Below are positions 63,901 through 64,000 of a DNA stretch of 64,000 bases, piece after piece. The notes under the pieces were generated by a model. It did no database searches and had not been told where the DNA came from. It saw only the letters and a list, made by a program, of their open reading frames with translations. The DNA comes from Pristiophorus japonicus (taxonomy: Eukaryota). How positions within the stretch are numbered: the first letter of the stretch is position 1; the number at the start of each line of letters is the position of its first letter. Location of the stretch: NCBI RefSeq assembly GCF_044704955.1, contig NC_091980.1, forward strand, positions 207,576,001 to 207,640,000. Direction: 5' to 3'. The position numbers and the translations under genes are program-made.

Positions 63901-64000
63901 CCATGACTTTGAAGCCATCGCCAGGCTTTACCTTAGTCGCCACTGGGAAGAGGGCTCATACCTTCCCACCTCCATGCTGGAAGATTCTGCCAGTGACACT

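Overview
Eukaryotic, repeat-dominated window with no recognisable host protein-coding gene. The repeat content (CR1 LINEs with (CATAGAAA)n/(CATAAGAA)n tails, a Deu-domain tRNA-derived SINE, abundant PIF/Harbinger elements) suggests a cartilaginous fish (shark) genome; this is an inference. Contents: many CR1 fragments, one L2 split by two younger insertions, two RTE/BovB-like LINEs (one near full length), and two related Gypsy LTR elements with TSDs (one full-length but degenerate, one gag-protease-only non-autonomous). There are also at least six Harbinger Myb/SANT gene remnants, three Harbinger transposase remnants, several Harbinger-type MITEs, and a 359-nt assembly gap. The most notable items are (1) a class III (ERV-S/ERV-L-like) endogenous retrovirus with a nearly intact pol, an internally deleted env remnant not shown in the ORF track, and a 3' LTR, and (2) a Harbinger locus whose transposase is flanked by two different intron-containing Myb/SANT genes. 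All calls were made by eye without database searches, and boundaries of degraded elements are approximate.
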